From the NCBI GenBank assembly GCA_002269645.1, contig NIVC01001733.1:124001-188000 (forward strand): a DNA stretch of 64,000 nt, in the 5' to 3' direction. Origin of the DNA: Macrostomum lignano. Lineage: Eukaryota. Positions within the stretch are counted from its first letter, which is position 1; each line of letters opens with the position of its first letter. This document shows positions 12,389 to 23,829 of the stretch, in pieces. A program made the translations under genes and the position numbers. The notes beneath the pieces were generated by a model that worked only from the letters and a program-made list of their open reading frames with translations, was not told the DNA's origin and searched no databases.

Positions 12389-15300
12389 ATGCACGCCTGT
12401 CTGGCTGCAGTGATCGCAATTGCATTGCTTGGATTTCAAGTTGAAGCTGCAGAAAAAGACAGCAGCAAGACTGTCGATGCCAACGCCCTGGAGCAGTACG
12501 GTCCGGCTGTAGACGCGATTGCAAACGCAATCAGCAACTCAGACAAGAAGACCAAGGACTTGCTGGATGATCTCACGCAATCAACTGACGGTCAAGCCAC
12601 TCCACTCATCACCAGGGAAATTCTAAAGAACATGCTGAAAGAGCGCTCGGCAAAGACGCAGAAAGCAGGCACGAGATCCATCAGTCTGCAGGCCGACAAG
12701 GGCTTCAACGGATTCTCCAACTATCAGCCTTCGAATTGGGTGATGACGGAGACTGTAGGCGAGCCTGAAAAAATGAAGGAAGAGCCAGAAGATAAGATGC
12801 CCGTCTATGTCTATCCAATGGGGGTTGGTCCGGTGTTGATGAATGGGTGCACAGGTGCATCATATCCCAAGACTAGCAAGTGCTACTCCAGCAAGGTGCT
12901 TGGCAAGGGCAATACAATCTGCATGAACCTCCTGGACGCTGCCGCGTACATCGGCGTCGGCTTCGACGGACGAGGATTCTACAAGATCGAGAGCCGCAAA
13001 GCCAGTCTGGTGCAGCGCTACTGCTCCAGCATGGCCACCTTCCTGGACAAGGACGTGCCCGACACGATGAACGTGTTTGGCATCTTCGAGACCACAGCTG
13101 AGACCAAGTCGTTCCGGTCTGCGGACGAGTACATGAGCTACATCAGGGACAAAGCCGGTCTGTCAGAGCAGCGAAATTTGTTCTTAAGCGAGTCTCACCA
13201 GCACAGCTCTTCTCGCAAGGCGGGGCGGGACAGCTCTGGCAGCTCGTCATCAACCACTAGCAGTCAATCAGCCTAAAAAAATTCACAGTATTCCCAGGCT
13301 GCAAGAAAACAAGGTTCTACTGACGATTTCTTTGCCATCATGTATGTGAGTGTAATCATGTACAAAATTTCACTGGATGATGTGAAGCCCAATGACATCA
13401 ACTTTGCTGCGCTCAGAGACTACATGAGTCTTCCAGAGTCCTACTTTTCAGTGGGCGCTGCCAGCAAATTTCAAGACTTTCTGCTACGCTGGGGCACGCA
13501 TTTTATCCGGTCTGGAAAGTTCGGCGGTCAGCTAAAAATCACAATGAGAGCAAAGACAAACAAGTTTGCGTCGTCGGAAGAGTTTGCCAGTCTGGCTGAG
13601 ACCGAGTTCCAGTCAATGTTTTCATCGCTGCAGTCAAAAAATTCTCAGAAAACCACTCGGACGGGCTTTTTCGGTCTTGGACCCAAGAAAACGACTACAA
13701 CAAAATCGAGCAGTGAAAGGTCGGAGAGCCAGTACAGGAGCACAAGAAATGAACGTAATCAAGAGTCCCACAGTTCTAGCGGGTCCGAGTTTACCCAGAC
13801 CACCGTCGAGGCTCAGGGAGGAACTCCGGAGATCGCAGAAGCTCTCGTTGACTTTTACACTCCGGCATTCAAGCAGCTGTACCACAGGTGGATCGCCTCC
13901 ATCAATGACTATGTGAAGCCGTTCGAGTTCAAGCTGAAGCCCATCGATCAGCTGTTCGACATGAACATGGACGACCTGTTTCCGGCTGGAAACCGCGACT
14001 TTGGCTGTATTGGAAGTGCGGGAAGCAAAGTGAATATTTTGACGGAGCCCAAAACTCGTCGTCGCTACTACCTCGATGAGGAGACTTACTTTGCTAACAA
14101 TCAGACAAAAACTAAATTGGTTAAAATCTACTGCAAATACAAGAACCAACAAGACTTTAAGAACGCTCTAAAGAGACGAAGACTCTCACTGGAGAAGGCC
14201 GTAGCTGCGTACATGACGGAAGGTCCCTTCCCAACCTCCTCACACGAGTTGAAAGCAGGGCAACCCGGTTGTGAGAGCTCTACACTGGCCAAGATCGACG
14301 TGTTTAACTCAAATAACAACACACTGACGTTTCTGCAGCTCAAGAAGTCCCCGTTTTTAATCTCATTTGATCTGCCCCAGGATATTCCGAACTTGTTGAA
14401 ATCGCAAGCCAAGTATGTGATGACGTATCTAAAAGACAGGTGGTTTGCGACCGAGCCAGGGCACCATCATGCACACCTGTACGAAGGCTGTCAGCTGGAA
14501 GGCTTCAAGCCAGCTGAGACTAAAATCTGTATCTATGAGGAGGAGACAGGCTTCTTCCATATCGATCCGCTGGACTTTATTGCATCAAAGCGACGCAACC
14601 CAAACCTTCCAGACTGGATAGAGGGTACCACGGTTGCTAGGGCTTCTCGGATAGAAGGGCAAAAAGGCACAGACTCGACTGATGCGGCGTCAATTCCGTG
14701 CAACGTTCGATGGTTGAACTCTCACAGACTGGACCCTGATAGGGAAGAAAACTGCCTTTACTTTACGGCTGCGACTGCTGGAGACATCTTTGTTATATTC
14801 GCGTCCATACCAAGAGACCACACAACATGGTACTACCTGCAGATCAATATGGATGGAGTGACATTCTACAAAGCAATGAAACCGCAGAAGAGAGACTATC
14901 AGAAGGGAATGGGGACACTTGGAGACAAGAACCTGTACCAGTCCTACTTCTTGTGTGTGAATCAGGCCAATGGATCAGTTCTAATGCAGTTCGGTAAGGC
15001 GGGCTCGAACAGCGAGATCGGCACTGTCTACTCTGGGTACAAGTTCCGACCGGACAGCCAGTACAGCCGCCTGTCTTTCTACACGTTCGGAGCGGGCTCG
15101 AAGTCTGTGACATTCACCTCACCAAGGATATGCCGCAGGTGGAGTGTTTGAACAATAACTACAAGCTGGTTGATGGTCACTGCATCCTGGATTGTCACAA
15201 AGAGTGCATCGACTGCAATCTAGCAAAAGATGACACGAGCTGCTTCCAGTGTCGCAATGTGCGCGTTGAATTGTGGAATTCTATTGGGGGCAGGAGAGTC

Positions 15301-17094
15301 AGGACAGTGCAGTGCTTGCCAGAGTGTCCAGTTGGCTACCAACTGAGTGACAGCAAGGAAAATCTGTGCGTGCCCTGCCAACCAGGTACTTTCAAGAACA
15401 CAACGGGAAATCATAACTGCTTGCCATGCGCTCCTGGAAGTTTTTCTGCATCACAAGCGACTGTGAGTTGCATGCTCTGCAGTCCAGGAAATTTTGCTTC
15501 CAAGCCAGGATCGGTACAGTGCCAGCAGTGCCATGTTGGAACAGCGAGCAGGTTTAACGGATCTGCTTCGTGCGGGGCCTGCAGTGCCGGCTTGTTCGCA
15601 GCTCAGCGAGGTCAAACGGAGTGCACTCCCTGTCCAGTGGGACAGTTCAATAAAGCAGAGAGACAGACGCAGTGCCAGTTGTGCTCTGCGGGGTTCTTCG
15701 CCGACAAGCCAGGTCAGAAATCCTGCACTGCTTGCCCTGCTGGAACGTCGAGTGCTGAGGTCTCAGTGAGCTGCGCCAACAACTGCAAGAGGGGCGAGTT
15801 CAGTCCAGTCGAGGGCATCCCTTGCGCCAAGTGCCCTGCAGGCTCGTTCAGTCCCAGTGCGGGATCGGTAAATTGCACTTCGTGTGCCAAAGGCAGCTAT
15901 TCCAGTCGTTCTGGGTCAGCGTCTTGCACCCCGTGCCCTGCTGGAAGCTTTGCTGACCTAATATCCTCAACAAACTGCAGCCAGTGCCCTGCAGGCTCGT
16001 TCAGTCCCAGCCCGGGATCGGCAAATTGCATTTTTTGTGCCAAAGGCAGCTATTCCAGTCGAGTCGGATCAGCTTCTTGCACCCCGTGTCCCCGGGATTC
16101 TACCAGCCACAGGCAAACCAGACGCACTGTAAGAGCTCCAAGCCAGGGTGGTACGTCGATACGGAAGGCCGTTCGGAGCAGAGAATGTGTCCGCTGGGGA
16201 AGTATTCCGGTCTTGCTGCATCGGAATGCACCGTTTGTCCTTCTGGGACCTTTGCTGACCAAATGGGCTCAACAAACTGCAGCCAGTGCCCTGCTGGAAG
16301 CTGGAGTAAAGCAGGCTCCGCACCTTGCCAGCTTTGCGAAGCAGGCTCATTCTCAGTTGGAAACGCTGCCAGCTGCTCTCTGTGCCCAGCAGGCACTTTC
16401 TCTGGCAGCTCAGGCAGCGGTGAGTGCTCCAAATGTCCCGCTGGCACCTACGTTAGCGAATCCGGTGCCAAAGGATGCCACAATTGTGATTTGAACTTCG
16501 CTCTGAAACGCCGCATTGGAATGGCGCATTGTGACCTGTGCCCCGACTCTGGGTCTACCTTTGGCACCGATAAATGTTACCGTAAGTAAACTGGAGCTGT
16601 ATATAGCTAAAAGCTAGTGTTTACTGCTTTTACTAAAGTACAGTTTGACCCATACGAATACTCATACTAACATGCTTTCAGGCAAGATACGTATGAAATG
16701 CAATCCGAGCTTTGACGAGTGTGAGAAAACTATCGATAACGATGTGAACACATACGGAGTAACAATTCACATACTCCACGCACCGGCTGGCACTCAAGAG
16801 TACCGCAGTCACTGGCAGTACACACTCGACCAAGTGGCGAATAAAGTAAAAGGCTTCATCGTCTGGCCCAGAAAATATTACGATGTTTCGTCTTCCAGAA
16901 ATCTGCAAATCACTCTATATGATTCCTATAAACAAGAGCTTACTCGATGTTACATCCACACAGATTTTGTGCATCCGTACTCAATGCACGAGTGCGCTGC
17001 TTCGAATGTGAAATATATGAAGATCAACCATAGTTATGACGAAAGGGACAGAAGAGAAGTCAGCTTAGCTGAATTTGCACTGTATGCTGGGTAG
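12389..17094 (+). pseudogene. Secreted MACPF-domain protein with furin-like and GCC2/GCC3-type Cys repeats and C-terminal lectin/F5-8C-like domain (~1535 codons); disrupted in this sequence
   Basis: Signal peptide MHACLAAVIAIALLGFQVEA. MACPF signature WGTHFIRSGKFGG at 13490-13528. ORFs 12374 and 13340 share a frame separated only by TAA 13274-13276. Frameshifts near 15107-15112 and in the CCCC run at 16090-16093. One 100-bp GT-AG intron 16582-16681 with TACTAAC branch point and matching phase 1. AATAAA at 17108-17113. Pseudogene versus sequencing error is unresolved. Confidence 0.85.
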
Positions 17095-17671
17095 TTTGGC
17101 GTACTGAAATAAACAATGGTAATTATCATGTACGCTCGCATTGACGACAACTTGATGATTTCAAAGCGGATTTTATTCAGCAAAATATAACAAACACATG
17201 GCCACGGGATAACATTCAGAAAGCATACCTTATTCCTTTGTCATATTTTCATTAACGATTAATATTTTCATGCACGGAGCAGCCCCGAGTGCGCAGGGTC
17301 CAGCTGCCGCTTCACGTCTCGGCGATATACAGGGCGTTCTCGACCACCGAGAGACTTTCTTGTGAGTCCGCGGCTCAGCTGCTTTCTCACTCCTCTCTCA
17401 TTCTATCATCTCTCTCTTACTACTCTCACCTCTGTCTCGCTTTTCACACTTTCTCGCTCCCCTCTCTCCTCCCCTTTCTCTCTCACTCCTCTCTCACTCC
17501 TCTATAGCTCCTTTTTCATTCTTCGCTTAATCAATTTATGGGTAATGCTTATATGTATTTTGTTTAGGGTGTCTCGCAAAAGAAAGTTTCGGTGTGAGGG
17601 GCTACTGAGCTTAGGTCGAGTAGTGAGCGGTTTTCCCCTCCTCCTTGCCGTCTCTTGATTGTGGGGTTGTA

Positions 17672-17979
17672 GGTAGCCTAGTGGTTAGAGCGTTGTACTC
17701 ACGATTGAAAGGTCGGGGGTTCGATTCTTTATCAACTCGTAATAATTTGTGTCCTTGAGCAAAACACTTAACTCTGCATTGCTTCAATTCTCCCAGTGGT
17801 AAAATGGGTGCCAGGATTAGCTGGGGTAATTGAGGGTGTGTGGCGACCCTCCCCCCCAGTCCTTGGACTGAACAGCCGTACGCAGCCTTCAGGTGCGCCG
17901 CGCAATAGCTGCGGCTGAGCTGGTTGGTTGCACATCTGCCTAATCAGGGCAGGTGTAATCAGTTATTATTCTTAATTAT
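17672..17979 (+). mobile_element. tRNA-derived SINE, copy 1 (CpG intact)
   Basis: A-box-like TAGCCTAGTGGTTAGAGCG, B-box GGTTCGATTC, core TGTGTCCTTGAGCAAAACACTTAACTCTGCATTGCTTC, TTA-rich tail. Second copy at 30965. Confidence 0.8.
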
Positions 17980-18995
17980 TGACTGACTTAATGATCTGCG
18001 CTCCTAAAAACTCGAGCTCCATCTTCATATGCAGCATATGTGTTCTGAAAGCACCATGCTTCATTGAACCCCCCCCCTCAAAATGTCCTTTGTACAATAT
18101 TTCTGGCCAGCTCGCACGTTCTTACATGTACAGTACATGTACCCCAGCCCCCTGGACGCCCCCAATTCTCACTAACTGTTTCTGTAAACTCCTGCTTTGA
18201 CACTCCCAGATATTGCATAGAATAACGCGTGGCTTTTAAGCCTTCTAAAATTTTACTTTTTACGTCGTTCCGAACTTTGAATGATCGACTGAAGCTGATT
18301 TACACTAGCTCCAGCTGCATGCATGAGTAACTGGCAATTGCTTTGCTAGGAAGTAAATTTTATGCAACAGCTACATAGTCGTAAATACTACAAAATATTA
18401 CTGCATATACATCTATGCTCCTCGTGAAAGTGTACACCATGAGCTAAAATGTACACCGAAAATGTCTCAGTCCAGGCATTTACTGATTGGCGCTTGACCG
18501 GACAGATATCTCGGGCAATCAGACATCCTACATGTAAGTCCAGCTCATGTCAAACCATGGGGCAACCAGCGCTGCTTTTTTATTTGCGTCTTGCAAAGAG
18601 CTCGCGTTGTGACAAACCAACCAACTGCATGCATATATACTCGTATGTATTTACGCTTTTTTACTAGCTGTTACATGTAAACTTGATAATTAGGACATTT
18701 GATAAGGATATTTAGGAATGGCATTTTTTATCAAAACTGAAGCTGGTCATGTCCCCCTTGCAACGCCAGCTTCAACCAATATATATATATATATATATAT
18801 TGTACATGTACTAAATACTCCAGCTGTGCTTATACGGCTCATTCGAACCAAGATATTATTTTAGCCCCTAATTCTTTATATTCTTTAAAAATATTCTGCT
18901 GCAGGATATGTCTTTAGGGAGCTACATGTAGTTTATCACAACTGAATCAACAAAACTATATTATGTATTGAACAATTGATTACATATGTACTTGG

Positions 18996-21196
18996 CAGCG
19001 GTGTCGGAACATATTTCAAAGTGGGGGGGGGCTATTGGTGGGAGGGCACATTGCACATAATTTTTTTTAATCTAGGGCACCCAAACTTCTGCTGTCATGT
19101 CAGTTTGTGACATTAATTGTTACAACCAGAGCAATATTCAATTGTGTTGAAAGTAGCCAAAAGTCTGAAAATGCTCGAATATTCAACCAATTCAAGCATT
19201 GCGCAACTGCACTGCACTATCAATTAATTTTTTTAGTGAATATCTAAAATGAATGGAAATTGCAATATTCAGTAATTTTCTGGATCTCTTGGCTGCCTCC
19301 TTCAGTTCCTCTTGGCGCTGTCTCTACTTATTGTTTTATCTGACGGCATTTTAGCGATTTTACGAGCCAGTTGCAGCGCCAGCAGTGGTTTGAGTCTTTG
19401 GATTCCGGCATACTCGGAATTTCGATCAGTGACGCCAAAGTACAAAAGCTAAATACGCTCGTACTAAAATAGGGGTCGGCAAACTCCCAGGTCGGCCGCA
19501 TGTGGCCCACAAACCTATCGGGCCCTTGGGTCCTTTGAATCTTCACAATAGCAATCCAGCCCACTATGTTTGTGTCTTCTCAGCTCTCAGCTCTCAGCTC
19601 TCTTCTCATATTCTCTCTTGTCCTCTCCTCTCCTCTCCTGATCTATTCACTTCTCTCCTCTTCTCTCTCCTCTCCTGACCTCTCTCCTCTCCTCTCTCAT
19701 CTTCCTCTCCTCTCTCCTCTCCTCTCTCCTCTCCTCTCTCCTCTCCTCTCTCGTCTTCCTCTCCTCTCTCCTCTCCTCTCTCCTCTCCTCTCTCGTCTTC
19801 CTCTCCTCTCCTCTCTCATCTTCTCATCTCTTTCCTCTCCTCTCATCTCCTCACCTCTCTCCTCTCCTCTCCTCTCCTCTCCTCTCCTCTCCTCTCTTCA
19901 ACTCTCTTCTCTTTTCCTCTTCTCTGTCTGCTCCTCTCACCTCTTTCCTTTCCTCTCTCCTCTCCTCTCTCCTCTCCTCTCTCGTCTTCCTCTCCTCTCC
20001 TCTCCTCAGCTCTTTCCTCTCCTTTTACTCTCCTCTCATTTTCTCATCTCTTTTATCTCTTTCCTCTCCTCTCATCTCCTCACCTCTCTCCTCTCCTCTC
20101 CTCTCCTCTCCTCTCCTCTTCTCTCCTCAACTCTCCTCTCTCTTTTCCTCTTCTCTGTCTTCTCCTCTCACCTCTCCTCTCTCCTCTCCTCTCCTCTCTC
20201 CTCTCCTCAGCTCTTTCCTCTCCTTTCTCCTCTCCTCTCATCTTCTCATCTCTTTCCTCTCCTCTCATCTCCTCACATCTTTCCTTTCCTCTTATCTCCT
20301 CACCTCTCTCCTCTCCTCTCCTCTCCTCTCCTCTCCTCTCCTCTCCTCTCGTCTCCTCTCGTCTCCTCTCCTCTCTCTTTTCCTCTTCTCTGTCTTCTCA
20401 TCTCACCTCTTTCTTTTCCTCTCTCCTCTCCTCTCCTCCTCTCCTCTCTCCTCTCCCTCATCTCTTCACCTCTTTCCTCTCCTCTCATCTCCCTTTTCCT
20501 CTCCATTCTCTTCTCCCTTCCCTCCTCTCTCCTCTCCTCATTCATTTCTCTTCTCTATTTCTTAACTCTGGGCTCTCTCCCTCCTCTGGCCCGCAGTCAT
20601 TAGGACTCTTGGGCCCGCTTTGCTTAGGGGCCCAGTGAAGCAGACCCAAAAGGGCAGTCATGAGCTGGGTTCTCATTCTGGCCTCTTGAGGTAAAAAGTT
20701 TGCTGACCCCTGCACTACTCGTAAAAGCACTAGGCTTAGGCACATTCGATAAAAACTGTAGTGGAATGGGATTGAGAGCAACATGAATTATTATATGCCC
20801 ACATACCCGATTAAGGGTGACGGCACCTATGCAACCAAGCGTGATTGGGGCAGAGAAAGATGGAAGGAAAGGCTCGTGAGGAAGGGAGCACAGGCTATGT
20901 GAAACCCCTACTACCCACTGGCCATTGTACATTCTTTATTCTTACAATAAAAATGTCTGACTTTGGTTTATCACAGTTTTTTATTGAAGTGGATTCCATG
21001 TTGTACATTGAGGATCTCTAGGTGTGAATAGCAACGGTGGCCTCTCACTCCAGCTTGTATCCTTAGCTCCCAAAGACTCAGAAAAGCCAAAGCCCAAAAC
21101 TGGCCAACACTTGTATAAAATTCAAAAAGGGCACTTGCAGGATCATGCTAAAAAGTGGGGGGGCTCCAGCCCCCCCCTCCAGTTCCGACACCCCTG
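18996..21196. mobile_element. Non-autonomous hAT-type element D (2201 bp)
   Basis: TIR CAGCGGTGTCGGAAC / GTTCCGACACCCCTG. Exact TSD GTACTTGG at 18988-18995 and 21197-21204. Confidence 0.88.
19470..20712. mobile_element. Probable hAT MITE nested in D, carrying a ~1-kb CT-rich microsatellite (19570-20570)
   Basis: Termini TAGGGGTCGGCAAACT / AGTTTGCTGACCCCTG are inverted matches. The flanks do not form a clean TSD (TACTAAAA vs CACTACTC). Confidence 0.55.
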
Positions 21197-21333
21197 GTAC
21201 TTGGAGTACCTACCTTGCTATAAATTTATGTTACACTTATATATACATGTACATGTACAATACTCGTACATGCAACACAACAACATAATAAAATACATGT
21301 ACATGTACATTGTCAGCCAGCGGTCAAGCGTTG

Positions 21334-21808
21334 TCACAGGGCGCGTACGTACAGGGCCTGGGCACGAACGTAGGCCGCATCGCCAGCAGTGTCCAGGGCG
21401 CTGGCATCAGCCAACAGGCAGTCGACGAACTGCCGAGTGCGTGTCTGCCCCGCCGCGGTAGGGCGCCTGCAGCGTCAGCAGCAGCGCACCTCCTGCACCC
21501 GCGCCCGTTGTGGCAGACAGTTGGGCAGTACGACTCGATCAGCTCGAATTATATCCTAGGTGCAACAGTTCGCTGGGATGGAACAGGCCGAGATTATCGC
21601 GTTGGTGACTCGCTAGTAAGCGATCTTTAAGGCGTGCCTGCTGTTCGAGCGACTGCTGTTCGAGCGAATCCGTCAGCGTCCCGATCTTGGCGTTGTACAA
21701 CAGGACGGTCTCGATCTCCGCCTGGAACAACACCGCCCTCTGGAGGTCAGGCAGGGCCTCAGACTGTAGGACAGCCATCACGGAAGAAGGCAGCCCCGGC
21801 AAGTCCAT
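21334..21808 (-). pseudogene. Intronless ~158-codon coding-like segment of unknown family, with a frameshift and an in-frame TGA
   Basis: GC3-rich codons giving MDLPGLPSSVMAVLQSEALPDLQ...HPSELLHL, then in another frame DIIRADRVVLPNCLPQRARVQEVRCC*RCRR...AYVRAQALYVRAL*. Family not recognised. Confidence 0.35.
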
Positions 21809-23768
21809 ACAACATCGCATTGATATACATTGTACATGTACAATATATTTTTCAACCAGAAAATGGTCCAATGAAACTGAGATGAGAATTAAAACTCTAT
21901 CAGTAGCATGCAAGCATGCAATCAGATTTCACCAGTGCCTACAGTAAGCTGGCTAAAAGTCAAAACGTTCGGCGCTTTCTGGACAGAAGATTCAACATGG
22001 GCGACAGCTTTTGTCACCGGAAAGTACGAGTTTTCTTTGCATGATTTTTGCTAATTTATTCTATTTTTACATAAGTAAAATTTGAACGTACGATATAAAC
22101 TTCGCATGGTGCTATTTTAGTTGAGTAATTCATCGTATAAAATTCTAAAAATTTGTTCTATCTCTTGCGTAACCTTGAACATCATCTGAAGAAGAGTTAC
22201 TATATTTTACACTACGAATACTGAAGAGATAAAAGTACGCAGAGTTGTTTACTTTCCATTTATGAACTTGGCGTAACCGACGGATTATAGCATCGCCATT
22301 ATACTACCGTATAAGTGTAAAGTGTAGGTATTCATTGATAAGCAGGGTATATTGATTAACTTGAACTGTATCTGTTGGCCAGCACAAAATTCTCTTTCAT
22401 CACGATTTCATGTGTATATTAATAATAATAACTAGCTTATAGAAGTTATTTATGGCCTAGTAAAAGATATCATAGGCCCTCGCCTATCATCATTAGCCTA
22501 GATAGACCTAGATCTTACTAATTTAGTTTTTACTAGGCCTAGGCCTATTATTTAAGATTTTAGAGATTTAGTGTAGCTGAGTGAATTAGGCCTAGTTTAA
22601 TACTAGAAAGCTAGGCCCTAGTTACTAATTTGTTGGGCCTTGTTCATTGAGTGATATTGCATAGGCAGTAGGCTAGGCTAAGTCCTTAAGAGTTAAGATT
22701 TACTTGGGTTGCAATACCCCTTATTTACTTTTCTATTGTTGACCAATATAGATTATATTATAGACCTAGTCTTAAGCCAAATACAATAAGCCCTAATTGA
22801 TATTTATTTAAGCCTAGGCCCCAAATAAAAATTAATTTTACATTGGCCATCTATAGATAGGCCCTACTGATATTTTTTAGGGCCTAGTCTCAGTACTTTC
22901 AGACTTAGAAATTATGACTGTGGCTATATTAGACTTGGACCTACCTAGGAGTTGGACTAACTAAGCCCTATCCTTTAGCTTATGGCCAGTGTTGGGCACC
23001 AGTCTGTTAATAAGTGTTATTCCATTTATAAGTGTTAAGAATTTTCATTAACATTAATGGACAGCCATTAAAATTTTTGGAACAAATGGATTAATGAATT
23101 TGTGTTAATAATTTTATGAATTAATGATAAATTCATCATTAACATTAATGCAATGGCAATGTCAATGACCAAAGAGTCAAAGATGCAAAGAAAAAATAAA
23201 AATATGTCTGACAAAAAGTTATAACATTACAAATGTTTTTGAATTTACTCTAGTCCTAAATGCCTTATTTATCTCTGTTTATAATGATGATCATGCAAAT
23301 GTAACAATTTCTTACTAATGAACTTTAATAAAAAATTAAAATTAGGCCTATGAAATTTATTGTTCTTGTATGAGCATCAATTGCTTTGATTCACTTCTTT
23401 AACAATCTTTTGTGACTTTCTGCTGCACCTGCTAATGCTACTGAAGCAACCTTCCTATTTGTATTGTATTATTAATATTAACTAATTAGCTTTCAAGTTT
23501 CAAAAAAAGTTACTTTTCTACTATATGCTTACTTTTTAGCTTATAACTAGCAATCTACGCCCCCCGTTGGGGAGCCAAAAAATGCAATACACATTTTTTT
23601 AATAAGCTACATGTATCCTTGAAATCTTAAAAAATCTCCTGTCAAACCTTGTAAGCCTTGACATGTCAGTAATTCCCCCCCATAAGGTGTAACATATCAA
23701 CTTCCCCCCTTGACATCTCAGCAATGCCCCCAATAAGCCTTGAAAATCTAAAAATATCTGTCAACCTT

Positions 23769-23829
23769 CTAACCCTAACCCTAGCCTACCCTAACCCTAA
23801 CCCTAACCCTAACCCTAACCTAACCCTAA
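23769..23829 (+). repeat. Interstitial telomeric (CCCTAA)n, duplicated at 24889-24949
   Basis: Direct reading; part of the duplicated 1.12-kb block. Confidence 0.9.

Noticed and set aside
17672-17745. tRNA-like sequence
   Set aside because: It is the head of a SINE: no complete cloverleaf, and it continues into a SINE core and tail.
21310-21630. Plus-strand 106-aa ORF
   Set aside because: Antisense shadow of the more codon-biased minus-strand segment.
21997-22024. ATGGGCGACAGCTTTTGTCACCGGAAA|GTACGA as an upstream coding exon of cic
   Set aside because: A phase-0 join to the acceptor at 31593 reads out of frame and stops within 6 codons, and an in-frame TGA (31585-31587) blocks earlier acceptors. 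It could still be a 5' UTR exon; unsupported.
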